Made by a program: the position numbers and the translations under genes
In this document: in pieces, positions 1-9,920 of the stretch
How positions within the stretch are numbered: position 1 is the first letter of the stretch
Layout of the letters: each line of letters begins with the position of its first letter
Notes under the pieces: generated by a model
The model's database searches: none
Told to the model about the DNA's origin: nothing
Seen by the model: only the letters and a program-made list of their open reading frames with translations
Assembly (NCBI GenBank): GCA_049970055.1
Contig: JBMFNR010000002.1
Coordinates: forward strand, 500,406 to 564,405
Length of the DNA stretch: 64,000 nucleotides
Direction: 5' to 3'
DNA from: Fervidobacterium sp.
GTDB taxonomy: Bacteria; Thermotogota; Thermotogae; Thermotogales; Fervidobacteriaceae

Positions 1-259
1 CGTTTATTAGCATTTCTTTAGCATAGTCAATGCCACCCGATATTAGAAGCTCCCGAGCTTTGGTAAGATTTTGAAATTCTTCTAGTACAACTCTTCGTTC
101 TTCGTTTGTCACTTTTCCCAGGTTGGCAATTTCAATTGTTAGCGATTCCACTTCTGTATCATCTAAATTTTTAAGTACTTTCGCCGCCCTTTCTGGGCCC
201 ATAGTGAGAAGCAGTATCGCTGCTTTCCTTTTACCCACAAGTGGCTTTTTTTCCGCCAT
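1..259 (-). CDS. fliG: Flagellar motor switch protein FliG (5' part, runs off the window)
   Basis: Manual translation MAEKKPLVGKRKAAILLLTMGPERAAKVLKNLDDTEVESLTIEIANLGKV...GGIDYAKEML is the typical FliG N-terminus; directly follows fliF; not in ORF track. Confidence 0.95.
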   Translation of the reverse strand, partial: MAEKKPLVGKRKAAILLLTMGPERAAKVLKNLDDTEVESLTIEIANLGKVTNEERRVVLEEFQNLTKARELLISGGIDYAKEMLIN

Positions 260-325
260 GCTCTCGCCCTTTCCTCATAGCAATATAAACAATGTTCATT
301 TACCATTCATTCAACATTCTTTATG

Positions 326-1930
326 CTATTTTTCGCTCATCCAAACTTTAAGCACAGTTGCAACTTCTTCAGGTGAAGCTTCAGATACCTGTTGCAAATA
401 ATTTTTGAGTTCTTCGATAAGAGCCTCTTCTTCCCCACCAGGAGGAACCTCTTCTTCCTGTATAGTTTGCATAACACGCTGAGCTTCTTCTTGAAGTGCC
501 TTGTACCGTTCTTGCAATATCTTCCTTGCTTTGACTTTTTTAAATTGAATTAACCCAAGGTACGTGGCAAAGAATATTAAAATTGAAGCAAGCAATAAGA
601 GCGTGAGTCTTGTTCGTAATTTCTGAACTTCTGTTATACTTTGTATTTCTTTGTAAAATTGTTCTTGGACCTCTCTGCTAAATGGTAAGAAAGCAACAGC
701 GTAAGTGATACTACCTTGAGGTGTATTAGCTGATATACTTTTTTCAACGACTGTTTGAATGTATCTTTCAACTTCTTCTTTTGACGTTTTTTCAAGTACC
801 GTCGATGATGAGTCGATAAGTACGGAAACTGTTATATTTTCTATCTCACCTTCCGTATTTTTTACAATGTTTTCAACGATTTGATTGAGTTCGTAATTGA
901 CGATCTCGTGGCTTTTTTGATAAGTTGTAGTTCCTGTCCCTTCTACAGATTGATAGGTTGTTGGTGGTATGTTTGATTCTGTGCCAACAGGTCCACCAGT
1001 ACCTTGACTTGTTGTTGAAATCTCAGATTCTGTTTCCTTACTACGCACAAGTCCTTCCTTTTTATTCGGGGCGGTGTATGTTGTGATTTGTTTTTCAACC
1101 TTTTCCCAATTTAATTTCACATCTGGTATAACCTCTACTCTTCCAGATCCAAAGACACTCTCAAGTGGTATTTTGATTTTCTGTTTGTAATAGTTTTCAA
1201 GGTTGATCTTCAGTTCCATTTTTGTTGAAGCAAGCGCGGTTGTTTGATCGAGGTTTAATAAAGTTGTTAAATCTTGGCCTGTTTGGTCTATAACTTTGAT
1301 ATTCTCAGGTTTAATACCTTCAACTGCACCTTCTATCAATGAAACGATACCTTTTACCTGATCCTTACCTAGACTTTCTCCAGGGTTCATTACAACCATA
1401 ACAGAAGCGCGTGGTTCGGACATTTCACCGCGCACATAGTATGTGTACTTTGGAAGTGTTAAAACCACTCTTGCACTTTGGATACCTCTTATTGTGGATA
1501 TAGTCCTTTCAAGCTCGCCTTGGAGCGCTATCTGATATCTTACCTGCTTATCAAAACTCGTAGCTCCAAGTGAATTTTGATCGAGTATTTCAAATCCCCT
1601 TGAAGATCCTGAAAGAACTCCCGAAGATGCAAGTTTCATTCTTATTTCATAAACGTTGTAATTTGATGGAATGAGTATTCTGTTACCCACTTCAACTTTG
1701 TAAGGTATGCCAAGCGATTCAAGTTGTTGAATAATGCCTCCTGCATCCTGTTCCGTTCTCGTGGTTAAGAGCAGGGTATATCTTGGAGTATTCATGATAG
1801 CAAGAAAAATTATGGCCAACACAATAGAAGCCATAATAATTATGATAGTTAACCTCTGCCCTTGTGAAGATTGCTTCCACCATTTTGGTAATTTAGAAAA
1901 CCAATCTAAAAATTTCCTAAACCATTCCAA
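326..1930 (-). CDS. fliF: Flagellar M-ring protein FliF
   Basis: Two TM segments, GFEILDQ..GATSFD..YQIALQGELERTI and ASVMV motifs, C-terminal PEEVATVLKVW; upstream of fliG. Confidence 0.96.
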   Translation of the reverse strand: MEWFRKFLDWFSKLPKWWKQSSQGQRLTIIIIMASIVLAIIFLAIMNTPRYTLLLTTRTEQDAGGIIQQLESLGIPYKVEVGNRILIPSNYNVYEIRMKLASSGVLSGSSRGFEILDQNSLGATSFDKQVRYQIALQGELERTISTIRGIQSARVVLTLPKYTYYVRGEMSEPRASVMVVMNPGESLGKDQVKGIVSLIEGAVEGIKPENIKVIDQTGQDLTTLLNLDQTTALASTKMELKINLENYYKQKIKIPLESVFGSGRVEVIPDVKLNWEKVEKQITTYTAPNKKEGLVRSKETESEISTTSQGTGGPVGTESNIPPTTYQSVEGTGTTTYQKSHEIVNYELNQIVENIVKNTEGEIENITVSVLIDSSSTVLEKTSKEEVERYIQTVVEKSISANTPQGSITYAVAFLPFSREVQEQFYKEIQSITEVQKLRTRLTLLLLASILIFFATYLGLIQFKKVKARKILQERYKALQEEAQRVMQTIQEEEVPPGGEEEALIEELKNYLQQVSEASPEEVATVLKVWMSEK

Positions 1931-2072
1931 ACCTCATCACCACCAAACTACGTACCAAAGATATATTATATCACAAAGATCTACAAAAATTTACACTATA
2001 TTAATTTTTTGGCTGTTAACTTTTTTGGAAATAGTACTATAATTATAATACCAAAGTCCCGGGGTGATTGCA

Positions 2073-2612
2073 ATGTGGAAAATAAGCGTAAAGGAACTTA
2101 TAAATGAAAAAAGACGTGTTGTCGAGGGTATATATTATGTACCAGAAATAGAACTACATACAGGAACTTACAAAGTTACACGTGGCGGCTTCAAAGTTAA
2201 AATGATTTTGACGTACGCTGATAATAAAATTTTACTCGGTGGATATGCAAGAGGATATGTCGAGCGCCCGTGTGATAGGTGTTTGAAGATGTCAGAAATG
2301 TACATTGACGGAATCATTGAAGCAGTGTATACTTTTGAAAAGAAACCAGCTCACAAAACAGAGGAACTTAAAGATTTGTCGAACGAAATTTTATTAACTG
2401 GTGATATAATAGACCTTGAAGAAAGAATTATCGAGGGAATCGTCAGTAGTGCACCGGATGTTTACGTATGCAGTCCTGATTGCAAAGGTTTATGTCCTTA
2501 TTGTGGTGCAGATTTAAATGAAGGCACAAATCACAAGTGTATTGAAATGGAAGATAAAATAGATCCAAGATTTGAAATATTGCTTAAAATCAAGCATTCA
2601 CAGGAGGGATAA
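2073..2612 (+). CDS. yceD: YceD/DUF177 metal-binding protein
   Basis: CDRC and CSPDCKGLCPYCG motifs, DPRF tail; precedes rpmF. Confidence 0.9.
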   Translation: MWKISVKELINEKRRVVEGIYYVPEIELHTGTYKVTRGGFKVKMILTYADNKILLGGYARGYVERPCDRCLKMSEMYIDGIIEAVYTFEKKPAHKTEELKDLSNEILLTGDIIDLEERIIEGIVSSAPDVYVCSPDCKGLCPYCGADLNEGTNHKCIEMEDKIDPRFEILLKIKHSQEG

Positions 2613-2614
2613 CT

Positions 2615-2797
2615 ATGGCAGTACCAAAGCAGAAGCGCTCAAGCAGTAGAACTCATCACAAAAGAGCCAAGATCTACAAGGCTTTTAGTGTTGCGGTAAC
2701 AACATGTCCAAACTGTGGTGCTCCAAAGCAACCACACAGAGTATGTTTAAGATGTGGATATTATGGAAAGAAGCAGGTGTTTGAGGTAGCAAAATGA
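2615..2797 (+). CDS. rpmF: 50S ribosomal protein L32 (zinc-binding form)
   Basis: MAVPKQKRS start, CPNC..HRVC..CGYY. Confidence 0.98.
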   Translation: MAVPKQKRSSSRTHHKRAKIYKAFSVAVTTCPNCGAPKQPHRVCLRCGYYGKKQVFEVAK

Positions 2798-3798
2798 TTC
2801 GCATAGCACTCGATCTGATGGGCGGAGATAGGGCGCCGGAAGAAATAAAGGCCGGCGCTCTTATGTATTTGGAAATACTTAGAAAGTCCAAGAAGGATAT
2901 CAAATTGATACTTGTAGGCTTACCCGATGTTTTGAGGGAATTTGAGCCTTTTAAAGAAGAAGGATTAGCGGAGCTTGTGGAAGCAAGGGATGTTCTACCA
3001 ATGGACGTAAAACCAACCGATGCATTGAGAAGAAAAGAAAGTTCGATGTACATTGCTTCGCAACTAGTCAAGGAAAAAAGGTCAGATGCCGTTGTAAGTG
3101 CTGGGAACACCGGGGCGTTGTTGTCTTGCGCTACAATTGTTGTTGGTAGAATACCCGGTGTGGATAGACCTGCGCTTGCAGTTCCTGTGCCAAGTCTTAA
3201 TGGCTTCACAATATTGATAGACGCAGGCGCAAATGCGGATGTTAAACCAGAATGGCTATTGCAGTTTGCTCAAATGGGCATCGAGTATGCAAAAGTTCTT
3301 GGAAAATCTTCGCCAAAAGTTGGTTTGTTGAATGTCGGAACGGAAGAGAATAAGGGTACGGAGAGAGAAAAACAGGCGTATCAATTATTAAAGGACGCAC
3401 TTGGTAAAAGATTTCATGGCAATGTGGAAGGCAATGATATAAATCTAGGTATTGTTGATGTCGTGGTTACTGATGGTTTTTCAGGGAACATAGCGATGAA
3501 AACAATGGAAGGGGTTGCAAAACTCATTTCAGATACAATTAAATCCGAGGCTAAAAAAAGCATCGATGGAATCATTGGTGCACTGATATTTTCAAGAACT
3601 TTGAAAAATCTGAAAAAGAAATTGGATCCAAGAACTTACGGTGGAACGTTTTTCCTTGGTGTAGATGGAGTTGTTGTAAAAGCCCATGGTAACTCTGATA
3701 GGATAGCCATATATAACGCAATCAACGTTGCGGTAAAGGGTGTGGAAGGAAAACTCATAGAGCAGTTGAAGGAAAAGTTAAGTCTTGGGAGTTTGTGA
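2794..3798 (+). CDS. plsX: Phosphate acyltransferase PlsX
   Basis: IALDLMGGDRAP, SAGNTGA, VVTDGFSGN, KAHGNS; rpmF-plsX synteny. Confidence 0.97.
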   Translation: MIRIALDLMGGDRAPEEIKAGALMYLEILRKSKKDIKLILVGLPDVLREFEPFKEEGLAELVEARDVLPMDVKPTDALRRKESSMYIASQLVKEKRSDAVVSAGNTGALLSCATIVVGRIPGVDRPALAVPVPSLNGFTILIDAGANADVKPEWLLQFAQMGIEYAKVLGKSSPKVGLLNVGTEENKGTEREKQAYQLLKDALGKRFHGNVEGNDINLGIVDVVVTDGFSGNIAMKTMEGVAKLISDTIKSEAKKSIDGIIGALIFSRTLKNLKKKLDPRTYGGTFFLGVDGVVVKAHGNSDRIAIYNAINVAVKGVEGKLIEQLKEKLSLGSL

Positions 3799-3815
3799 GG
3801 AGAGGTGAAGAACCT

Positions 3816-5627
3816 ATGTGTGGAATTGTTGGAATAATTGGTCATGAATTTAAAGTTAGTGATTTAATAGAAGGCTTGAAAAAGCTTGAATATAGAGGTT
3901 ACGATTCTGCTGGAGTTGCTGTAATCGAAGATAAAGGACTTTACGTTAGTAAGAGCGTCGGAAGGATAGATGCTCTGAAAAGTGTTGTTGAGACGGAAAA
4001 AGTGGTACGTGGTGGCATTGCTCACACAAGATGGGCAACACACGGGGTTCCCAACGATAGAAATGCTCATCCTCACACAGATTGCTCGGGAAAAATTGCA
4101 GTTGTTCACAATGGAATCATAGAGAACTACCAAGAACTGAAAAATGATCTCATCAAAAAGGGCCACACGTTCAAATCTGATACAGATACGGAAGTTATAA
4201 GCCACCTAATTGAAGAATCATTTCAAGGTGATCTGTACAAAGCAGTCCTACAGGCTTTGAGTAAATTGAAGGGAGCATTCGCAATAGCAGTTATACATTC
4301 CGATCTTCCAAACATTATGATTGGTGCAAGGAAAGGTAGTCCACTTGTGTTAGGTTGTAATGATCAGCGCTGCATTCTTGCTTCTGATGTAACTCCTATA
4401 ATTAAATATACACGAGATGTTATCTTCCTTGAGGACGGAGATGTTGTGTACATAGAAGGCAATAAGGCAAAGATAACGGATTTTCGTGGTAATGTTGTCA
4501 TCAGAACACACACACCTATTACATGGGACGAAACTGCAGCGGAAAAAGGTGGATTTAAACATTTTATGCTTAAAGAAATTCATGAAGTTCCTGAAGCAAT
4601 AGAGAGCGCAACTGTTGGAAGATTTGACGAAAGATTCTTCCCAACTCTCAGAGAACTTGATGAATTCAACATAGAAAAGATTAAGAGGATAGTTCTTGTC
4701 GCTTGTGGGACGAGTTATCATGCGGGTCTTGTTTTTAAGTATTTTGCGGAAAAATACCTTGACGTTGATGTTCTTGTAGATGTGGCATCTGAATTTAGAT
4801 ACAGGCCTATCAGGGTAGATGAAAATACTATAGCCGTAGCGATATCCCAGTCAGGCGAAACGGCTGATACACTTGAAAGTGTAAGAGCAGTTAAGAAAGC
4901 TGGTGGAAAGGTTATAGCAATTACAAATGTTGTAGGTTCTACAATTACACGTGAAAGCGATGTAACATTGTTTATGAATGCTGGTCCAGAGATAGGTGTT
5001 GCGGCATCAAAGACGTATGTTAACCAATTGATAGTTCTTTACACAATAGCTCTTTACATGATGAAAAAGCGCGGCCTTTGGTCAGAGGAACATCAACAGA
5101 TTGTAAAACAGATTATCGAGCTACCAAAGATGGTAAAAAAAATCATCAATAATGAAGAAATCAACAAACTTGCCGATTATTACAAGAATTATCACCATTT
5201 CATGTACATAGGAAGGGGTATAAACACCGCAACAGCGATGGAAGGTGCACTAAAGCTTAAAGAGATCAGTTATATAAATGCCGTTGCCTATCCAGCTGGT
5301 GAATTGAAACACGGGCCTATAGCGTTGCTTGATCCCACATTCCCTGTGTTTGCAATTGTCCCAAAAGATAGCCTGTACGTAAAGATGAAAAGCAACGTGG
5401 AAGAAGCAAGAGCAAGGAATGCAAGGATATTAGTTGTCGCAACGGAAGGCGACACAGAAATTCAAAAGATAGCTCACGATGTCATATACGTACCAGAAGT
5501 TCACGAAGATCTTTACCCACTTATCATCGCACCTGTAATACAATTGTTTGCTTACTATATAGCGGATAAAAGAGGTTACGATCCGGATAAGCCAAGGAAC
5601 TTAGCGAAAAGTGTAACTGTTGAGTAA
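3816..5627 (+). CDS. glmS: Glutamine--fructose-6-phosphate aminotransferase
   Basis: MCGIVG N-terminal Cys (ATG at 3816 after GAGGTGA), LEYRGYDSAG, HTRWATHG, PRNLAKSVTVE. Confidence 0.98.
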   Translation: MCGIVGIIGHEFKVSDLIEGLKKLEYRGYDSAGVAVIEDKGLYVSKSVGRIDALKSVVETEKVVRGGIAHTRWATHGVPNDRNAHPHTDCSGKIAVVHNGIIENYQELKNDLIKKGHTFKSDTDTEVISHLIEESFQGDLYKAVLQALSKLKGAFAIAVIHSDLPNIMIGARKGSPLVLGCNDQRCILASDVTPIIKYTRDVIFLEDGDVVYIEGNKAKITDFRGNVVIRTHTPITWDETAAEKGGFKHFMLKEIHEVPEAIESATVGRFDERFFPTLRELDEFNIEKIKRIVLVACGTSYHAGLVFKYFAEKYLDVDVLVDVASEFRYRPIRVDENTIAVAISQSGETADTLESVRAVKKAGGKVIAITNVVGSTITRESDVTLFMNAGPEIGVAASKTYVNQLIVLYTIALYMMKKRGLWSEEHQQIVKQIIELPKMVKKIINNEEINKLADYYKNYHHFMYIGRGINTATAMEGALKLKEISYINAVAYPAGELKHGPIALLDPTFPVFAIVPKDSLYVKMKSNVEEARARNARILVVATEGDTEIQKIAHDVIYVPEVHEDLYPLIIAPVIQLFAYYIADKRGYDPDKPRNLAKSVTVE

Positions 5628-5644
5628 TTAAAAGGAGGTAGCGC

Positions 5645-6877
5645 ATGGCACAAAAATTTTGTTCGTTCTGTGGAAGATCGTCAGATAAAGTTGAGAAACT
5701 TATCGCGGGACCAGGCAATGTGTACATCTGTAGTGAATGTGTTGAGCTCTTTCACGATATTCTACAAAGTGATAAGAAAATTAAACCTATGTCATTTGGT
5801 CCAAAAGAACGCAGAGATTTGCCAACACCATCGCAAATCAAAGCAGAACTTGATAAATACGTTATTGGTCAAGACCGCGTTAAGAAAATACTTTCCGTAG
5901 CTGTTTACAATCACTATAAACGTGTGTTTTTTGGAAAGGATACAAGTGATGTTGAAATCGAAAAATCCAACATTATACTTATTGGTCCAACGGGAAGTGG
6001 TAAAACATTAATGGCACGCATTTTGGCAAGGATTCTTGATGTTCCATTTGCTATAGCTGATGCTACTCCCCTTACAGAAGCAGGCTACGTAGGTGAAGAT
6101 GTTGAGAATGTAATACTTAGATTGCTCGAAGTAACTAATTTCGATGTTGAAAGAGCACGGTACGGTATAATATACATAGATGAAATAGACAAAATAGCAA
6201 GAAAGTCACCAAACCCTTCGATAACGAGAGATGTTAGTGGAGAAGGAGTACAAAAAGGTTTGCTGAAAATTGTTGAAGGAACTATTGCCAATGTACCACC
6301 GCAAGGTGGAAGGAAACATCCGTATCAAGAGTTTATAAAGGTTGATACAACTAATATCCTCTTCATTGTTGGAGGAGCTTTCGATGGGCTTGATGAAATA
6401 ATCAAAAGAAGGATAGAAGGAAGCACTATTGGATTCAACGCACCAGTGAAAAGTAAAGAACAGATGAGAATTGGCGAGATATTGCAACACGTTACACCTG
6501 ATGATTTAGTTCAGTATGGCTTGATGCCTGAATTCGTTGGAAGATTTCCCGTTATAGGTACGCTCAACGATCTCGCCTTAGAGGATCTGGTAAGAATATT
6601 GAAAGAACCAAGAAATGCTGTTTTGAAGCAGTATAAAAAATTATTTGAAATCGATGGGGTCACACTTGAAGTTGAGGAAAATGCATTATACGCAATCGCA
6701 AAGGAAGCGCTACGAAGAGGTACGGGTGCACGAGCTTTGAAAAGTGTATTCGAAGAAGTCATGATAGATATCATGTTTGATATTCCAGACTTAAAAGCGG
6801 TTGAGAAAGTTATTGTCACAGAAGAGTGCGTAACTAAGAAAGAAAAACCAAAGATATATATGAAAGAAACAGCGTGA
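5645..6877 (+). CDS. clpX: ATP-dependent Clp protease ATP-binding subunit ClpX
   Basis: CSFC zinc finger, [19 protein letters not shown] and IGF loops. Confidence 0.98.
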   Translation: MAQKFCSFCGRSSDKVEKLIAGPGNVYICSECVELFHDILQSDKKIKPMSFGPKERRDLPTPSQIKAELDKYVIGQDRVKKILSVAVYNHYKRVFFGKDTSDVEIEKSNIILIGPTGSGKTLMARILARILDVPFAIADATPLTEAGYVGEDVENVILRLLEVTNFDVERARYGIIYIDEIDKIARKSPNPSITRDVSGEGVQKGLLKIVEGTIANVPPQGGRKHPYQEFIKVDTTNILFIVGGAFDGLDEIIKRRIEGSTIGFNAPVKSKEQMRIGEILQHVTPDDLVQYGLMPEFVGRFPVIGTLNDLALEDLVRILKEPRNAVLKQYKKLFEIDGVTLEVEENALYAIAKEALRRGTGARALKSVFEEVMIDIMFDIPDLKAVEKVIVTEECVTKKEKPKIYMKETA

Positions 6878-6885
6878 GGTGCACG

Positions 6886-7902
6886 ATGCGCGTCTTAGGA
6901 ATCGAAACGAGCTGTGATGAAACATCTATAGCAGTCATTGACGACAACAAAGTAATTGCTAATTTAGTGTACTCACAGATACAAACTCATAAGAAATTTG
7001 GTGGAGTTGTACCAGAAATAGCGGCGCGGGAGCATTTGAAGAAGCTCCCCGTTCTTTTTTCAGAACTTGTTGATGAGATGAAAATTGATATAAGAACAAT
7101 CGATGGAATTGCTGTAACAAAAGGCCCTGGTTTAATAGGTGCCTTACTCGTCGGAGTTTCGTTTGCTAAAGCATTGGCTCTGAGGTACAAAAAGCCGCTG
7201 GTTGGTGTTAACCACATTATAGGGCACGTTTATGCAAATTACATCGCATACCCGACATTAACTCCACCGTACATTGTACTTATGGTATCTGGCGGCCACA
7301 CTCTTATATTGAAAATCGATAAAGAGAACAAAACAAGCATAATAGGTAGGAGTATAGATGATGCGGTGGGTGAAGCATTCGACAAGATCGCTAGATTACT
7401 CGGCCTTTGCTATCCCGGAGGGCCAGAAATCGATAGAGTAGCCAAAAGTGGGCACCCAAGAGCTTTCAACTTTCCCAGACCGAAAATGTACGATCCTGAC
7501 TACGATTTCAGTTTTTCAGGGCTAAAAACTGCTGTGTTGTATGAAGTGAAAAAGTTAATCGATCAAGGGTACAAAGAAAGTGACCTACCTATCTCAGATC
7601 TGGCGGCAAGTGCTCAGGAAGCTATGATCGATGTACTTTTACACAAAGTTACGAAGGCTGCAAAAGACAATAACATAAAAACCATCGTATTGGCAGGTGG
7701 AGTTGCGGCAAATAGTAGATTAAGAGAAAAAATAAAGCAATTGTCTGAAACGTTTGATTTCTACATTCCGCCTCTTGAGTACTGTTCTGATAACGCTGCA
7801 ATGATAGCACGAGCAGGCCTTGAACTTTTGGCGAAAGGTGAAAACGATGGACTGAATATAGAGCCAGTCCCAAACTTCTTTGAATTTATGGGTAATACAT
7901 GA
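6886..7902 (+). CDS. tsaD: tRNA N6-adenosine threonylcarbamoyltransferase
   Basis: LGIETSCDET, GGVVPEIAAREH, HxxGH, VSGGHT, DNAAMIA. Confidence 0.97.
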   Translation: MRVLGIETSCDETSIAVIDDNKVIANLVYSQIQTHKKFGGVVPEIAAREHLKKLPVLFSELVDEMKIDIRTIDGIAVTKGPGLIGALLVGVSFAKALALRYKKPLVGVNHIIGHVYANYIAYPTLTPPYIVLMVSGGHTLILKIDKENKTSIIGRSIDDAVGEAFDKIARLLGLCYPGGPEIDRVAKSGHPRAFNFPRPKMYDPDYDFSFSGLKTAVLYEVKKLIDQGYKESDLPISDLAASAQEAMIDVLLHKVTKAAKDNNIKTIVLAGGVAANSRLREKIKQLSETFDFYIPPLEYCSDNAAMIARAGLELLAKGENDGLNIEPVPNFFEFMGNT

Positions 7903-8158
7903 GATTCAAATGGTGTTTTATAATCAAAGTGTAAAGTAATAAAAGATTGGATACGTGCTAGGGCTTTGAAAAAAATCAAGGAACCTATCATTTATTTTTC
8001 ACCGTTGCACAAATCACTCGAACATATGCGCTAATTATTGAGAATACTTCCCATAAAGGCAAATAATATTACTTGAAAAGTATTACTTGAAAAAGGAAAG
8101 AATTATATGAAAAAATAATTATCTGCTACTACTGTATATTTCATTTAAATCTTTTCCC

Positions 8159-8333
8159 TGTGTGAAAAAAGTAATTCCATTTGGGTAAGGAAAAGGGAAA
8201 GGGTTTAAAGTTCAAGTGGTATTGAACAAGATAAGGGATAAGTGGTGAAGCTTTGAAAGATGAGGGTTTTACGCCACCTATCCCTTTTTTCTTGAACCAT
8301 GATCCTGCCCTTTTAGAAAGACTTTTTCGCACA
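8159..8333 (+). ncRNA. Candidate structured RNA or long imperfect palindrome (unassigned)
   Basis: Nested complementary blocks 8159-8172/8321-8333, 8191-8197/8308-8314, 8210-8216/8291-8297, 8233-8240/8279-8286 and 8242-8247/8272-8277; most non-Watson-Crick pairs read as G-U on the + strand. Confidence 0.35.
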
Positions 8334-8843
8334 AAGTAGAGCATATATTGGGAAATTTTAGTAGAAATATAGTTTAATTACGGAAAAACTTTATTACTTT
8401 CCAGGAAATACCATGTAGAGTTTATGTGGGTTTGAGGGCGTGGAAATGGAAAGGTTTTTTAATTAACAACTACGTTATGCTATAATTGATGTTAGAGCAA
8501 AATCCATACGAAGAAAAATTCTACGCAAACACTCGTGAATGATTTTAAGTAGAAAGCTACTATCTCAATTCCAGATTTTCAGAGTTTTATGTTGCCTTTG
8601 CTTGAAGATGTTGAAAGATAGCACGAAACATTGCATATCGGATTTGATAATTGAATACAACATCGGTGTTTATGTGAGCATCAAATACGGGATTAAGAAA
8701 ATGGATAATTAGTACTTCGATGAAGAGTAAATCCATTTTTATTAATCGATGGCCATAATATAATTTACCACTATTCTTCAAGTGTACGAGTATTTTTTAC
8801 AAAAAAGATCGAAAATCCACAAGAGATCAGCGTGGGGTGTACG

Positions 8844-9920
8844 ATGGGAGTTTTAACGATAGAAGTAGATGCGCAAAAGCTAAAAGATGTTGTAAAAAGA
8901 TCAGATCGCGTATGTGGGACACTTGAGCCATCCAACAGAAGATTAGCATTTTTTGCACAGGATGGTAAATTGTACGCATTGGCATCAGATGGGTGTTTGA
9001 AAGGCTCTTTTGAATTATCGCCGTATTTGTTTTCAAGGTCATTTCAACCTTTCGAAATATCACTCGATGTCTTAAAGCAATTTTCCTCAGAGCTTTCAGG
9101 AAAAGTAAATTTGTTGATCCAAGATGGAATAATCACTTTCAAGTGTCAAAACGAGATCCTAAGATTAAAAGTTAATTATGTAGATAATATACAGATTCAG
9201 AAAATTGCAGAAAAAGGAATTAAAATGGTAAGGAGAAAATTCCTCAGTGAGATAGACTACTCTTCTTGCTTTTTGGAAGAAGGTAACAATGTTGATGTTT
9301 TCATCTCTGGTAATCTTTTAGAGCTCATCTCACATTACGCGGGTATTCTTTCGTATGTAAAACTTAACGTTGGGCAAAATGAGCTTACTGGTGCAAGTTA
9401 CTCTATCTCGATTCCCTATGTGTCTTCAAGACATGTCGTTAAGGCATTAGACCTTGAAGAAAGCGAAGAAATTATTATCTACTACGATGAGTATGAGAAA
9501 AAGCTGCATTTGAAGTCAACGCATTTGTACACACTTTGCGGAGATACGCCAGCAGAAAATCCTGAAAGAGTGAGAAATGTATGTTCACAATTTAAAGTTC
9601 ACTCAAAGATCAGCGCATCTCAATTGCAAAAATTGTTAAGAAGATCACTAATCTCCGGTAGGTTTTCAGATGTCCAACTTTACACGCGCTTAGGAGAGGT
9701 TGTAGTTGTTTCTCAGTATGGATCAATTGCTTATAAGGGCAGTATGGAAGCTGATATTAATGCCATTTTCTCGGTGAAAACAAAGGCAAACTTACTGAGA
9801 AGTGCGCTTAATCGTATAGGAAGTCAAAATATCTTAGTAGATGTTATCGATGATTTCGTTGTCTTCTCTTCACCTTCATTGACCAGATTTTTGATCCTGC
9901 GAAATGAGAGAGTTCAGTAA
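8844..9920 (+). CDS. Divergent DNA polymerase III beta (sliding clamp)-like protein
   Basis: 358 aa; N-terminus (IEVDAQKLKDVVKR...FFAQDGKLYALASDG) and a three-fold repeated helix/strand pattern match DnaN architecture; no C-terminal MP(M/V)R motif; RBS GGGGTG. Confidence 0.7.
   Translation: MGVLTIEVDAQKLKDVVKRSDRVCGTLEPSNRRLAFFAQDGKLYALASDGCLKGSFELSPYLFSRSFQPFEISLDVLKQFSSELSGKVNLLIQDGIITFKCQNEILRLKVNYVDNIQIQKIAEKGIKMVRRKFLSEIDYSSCFLEEGNNVDVFISGNLLELISHYAGILSYVKLNVGQNELTGASYSISIPYVSSRHVVKALDLEESEEIIIYYDEYEKKLHLKSTHLYTLCGDTPAENPERVRNVCSQFKVHSKISASQLQKLLRRSLISGRFSDVQLYTRLGEVVVVSQYGSIAYKGSMEADINAIFSVKTKANLLRSALNRIGSQNILVDVIDDFVVFSSPSLTRFLILRNERVQ

Noticed and set aside
8067..8095. Tandem TATTACTTGAAAA(A)G duplication
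   Set aside because: Only two copies in AT-rich DNA; neither TTGAAA has a properly spaced -10; most likely slippage.
8141..8344. 67-aa minus-strand ORF as a transposase stub
   Set aside because: No RBS, no DDE/HUH motif and no terminal repeats with target duplication; it coincides with the palindromic element.
8587..8781. 64-aa minus-strand ORF
   Set aside because: No RBS or recognisable motif; other frames are full of stops; cannot be supported as a gene or a named pseudogene.
7903..8831. Possible replication origin or CRISPR leader/array in the long AT-rich gap
   Set aside because: No clustered TTATCCACA-type or Thermotoga-type 12-mer DnaA boxes and no regularly spaced 25-40 bp repeats seen.
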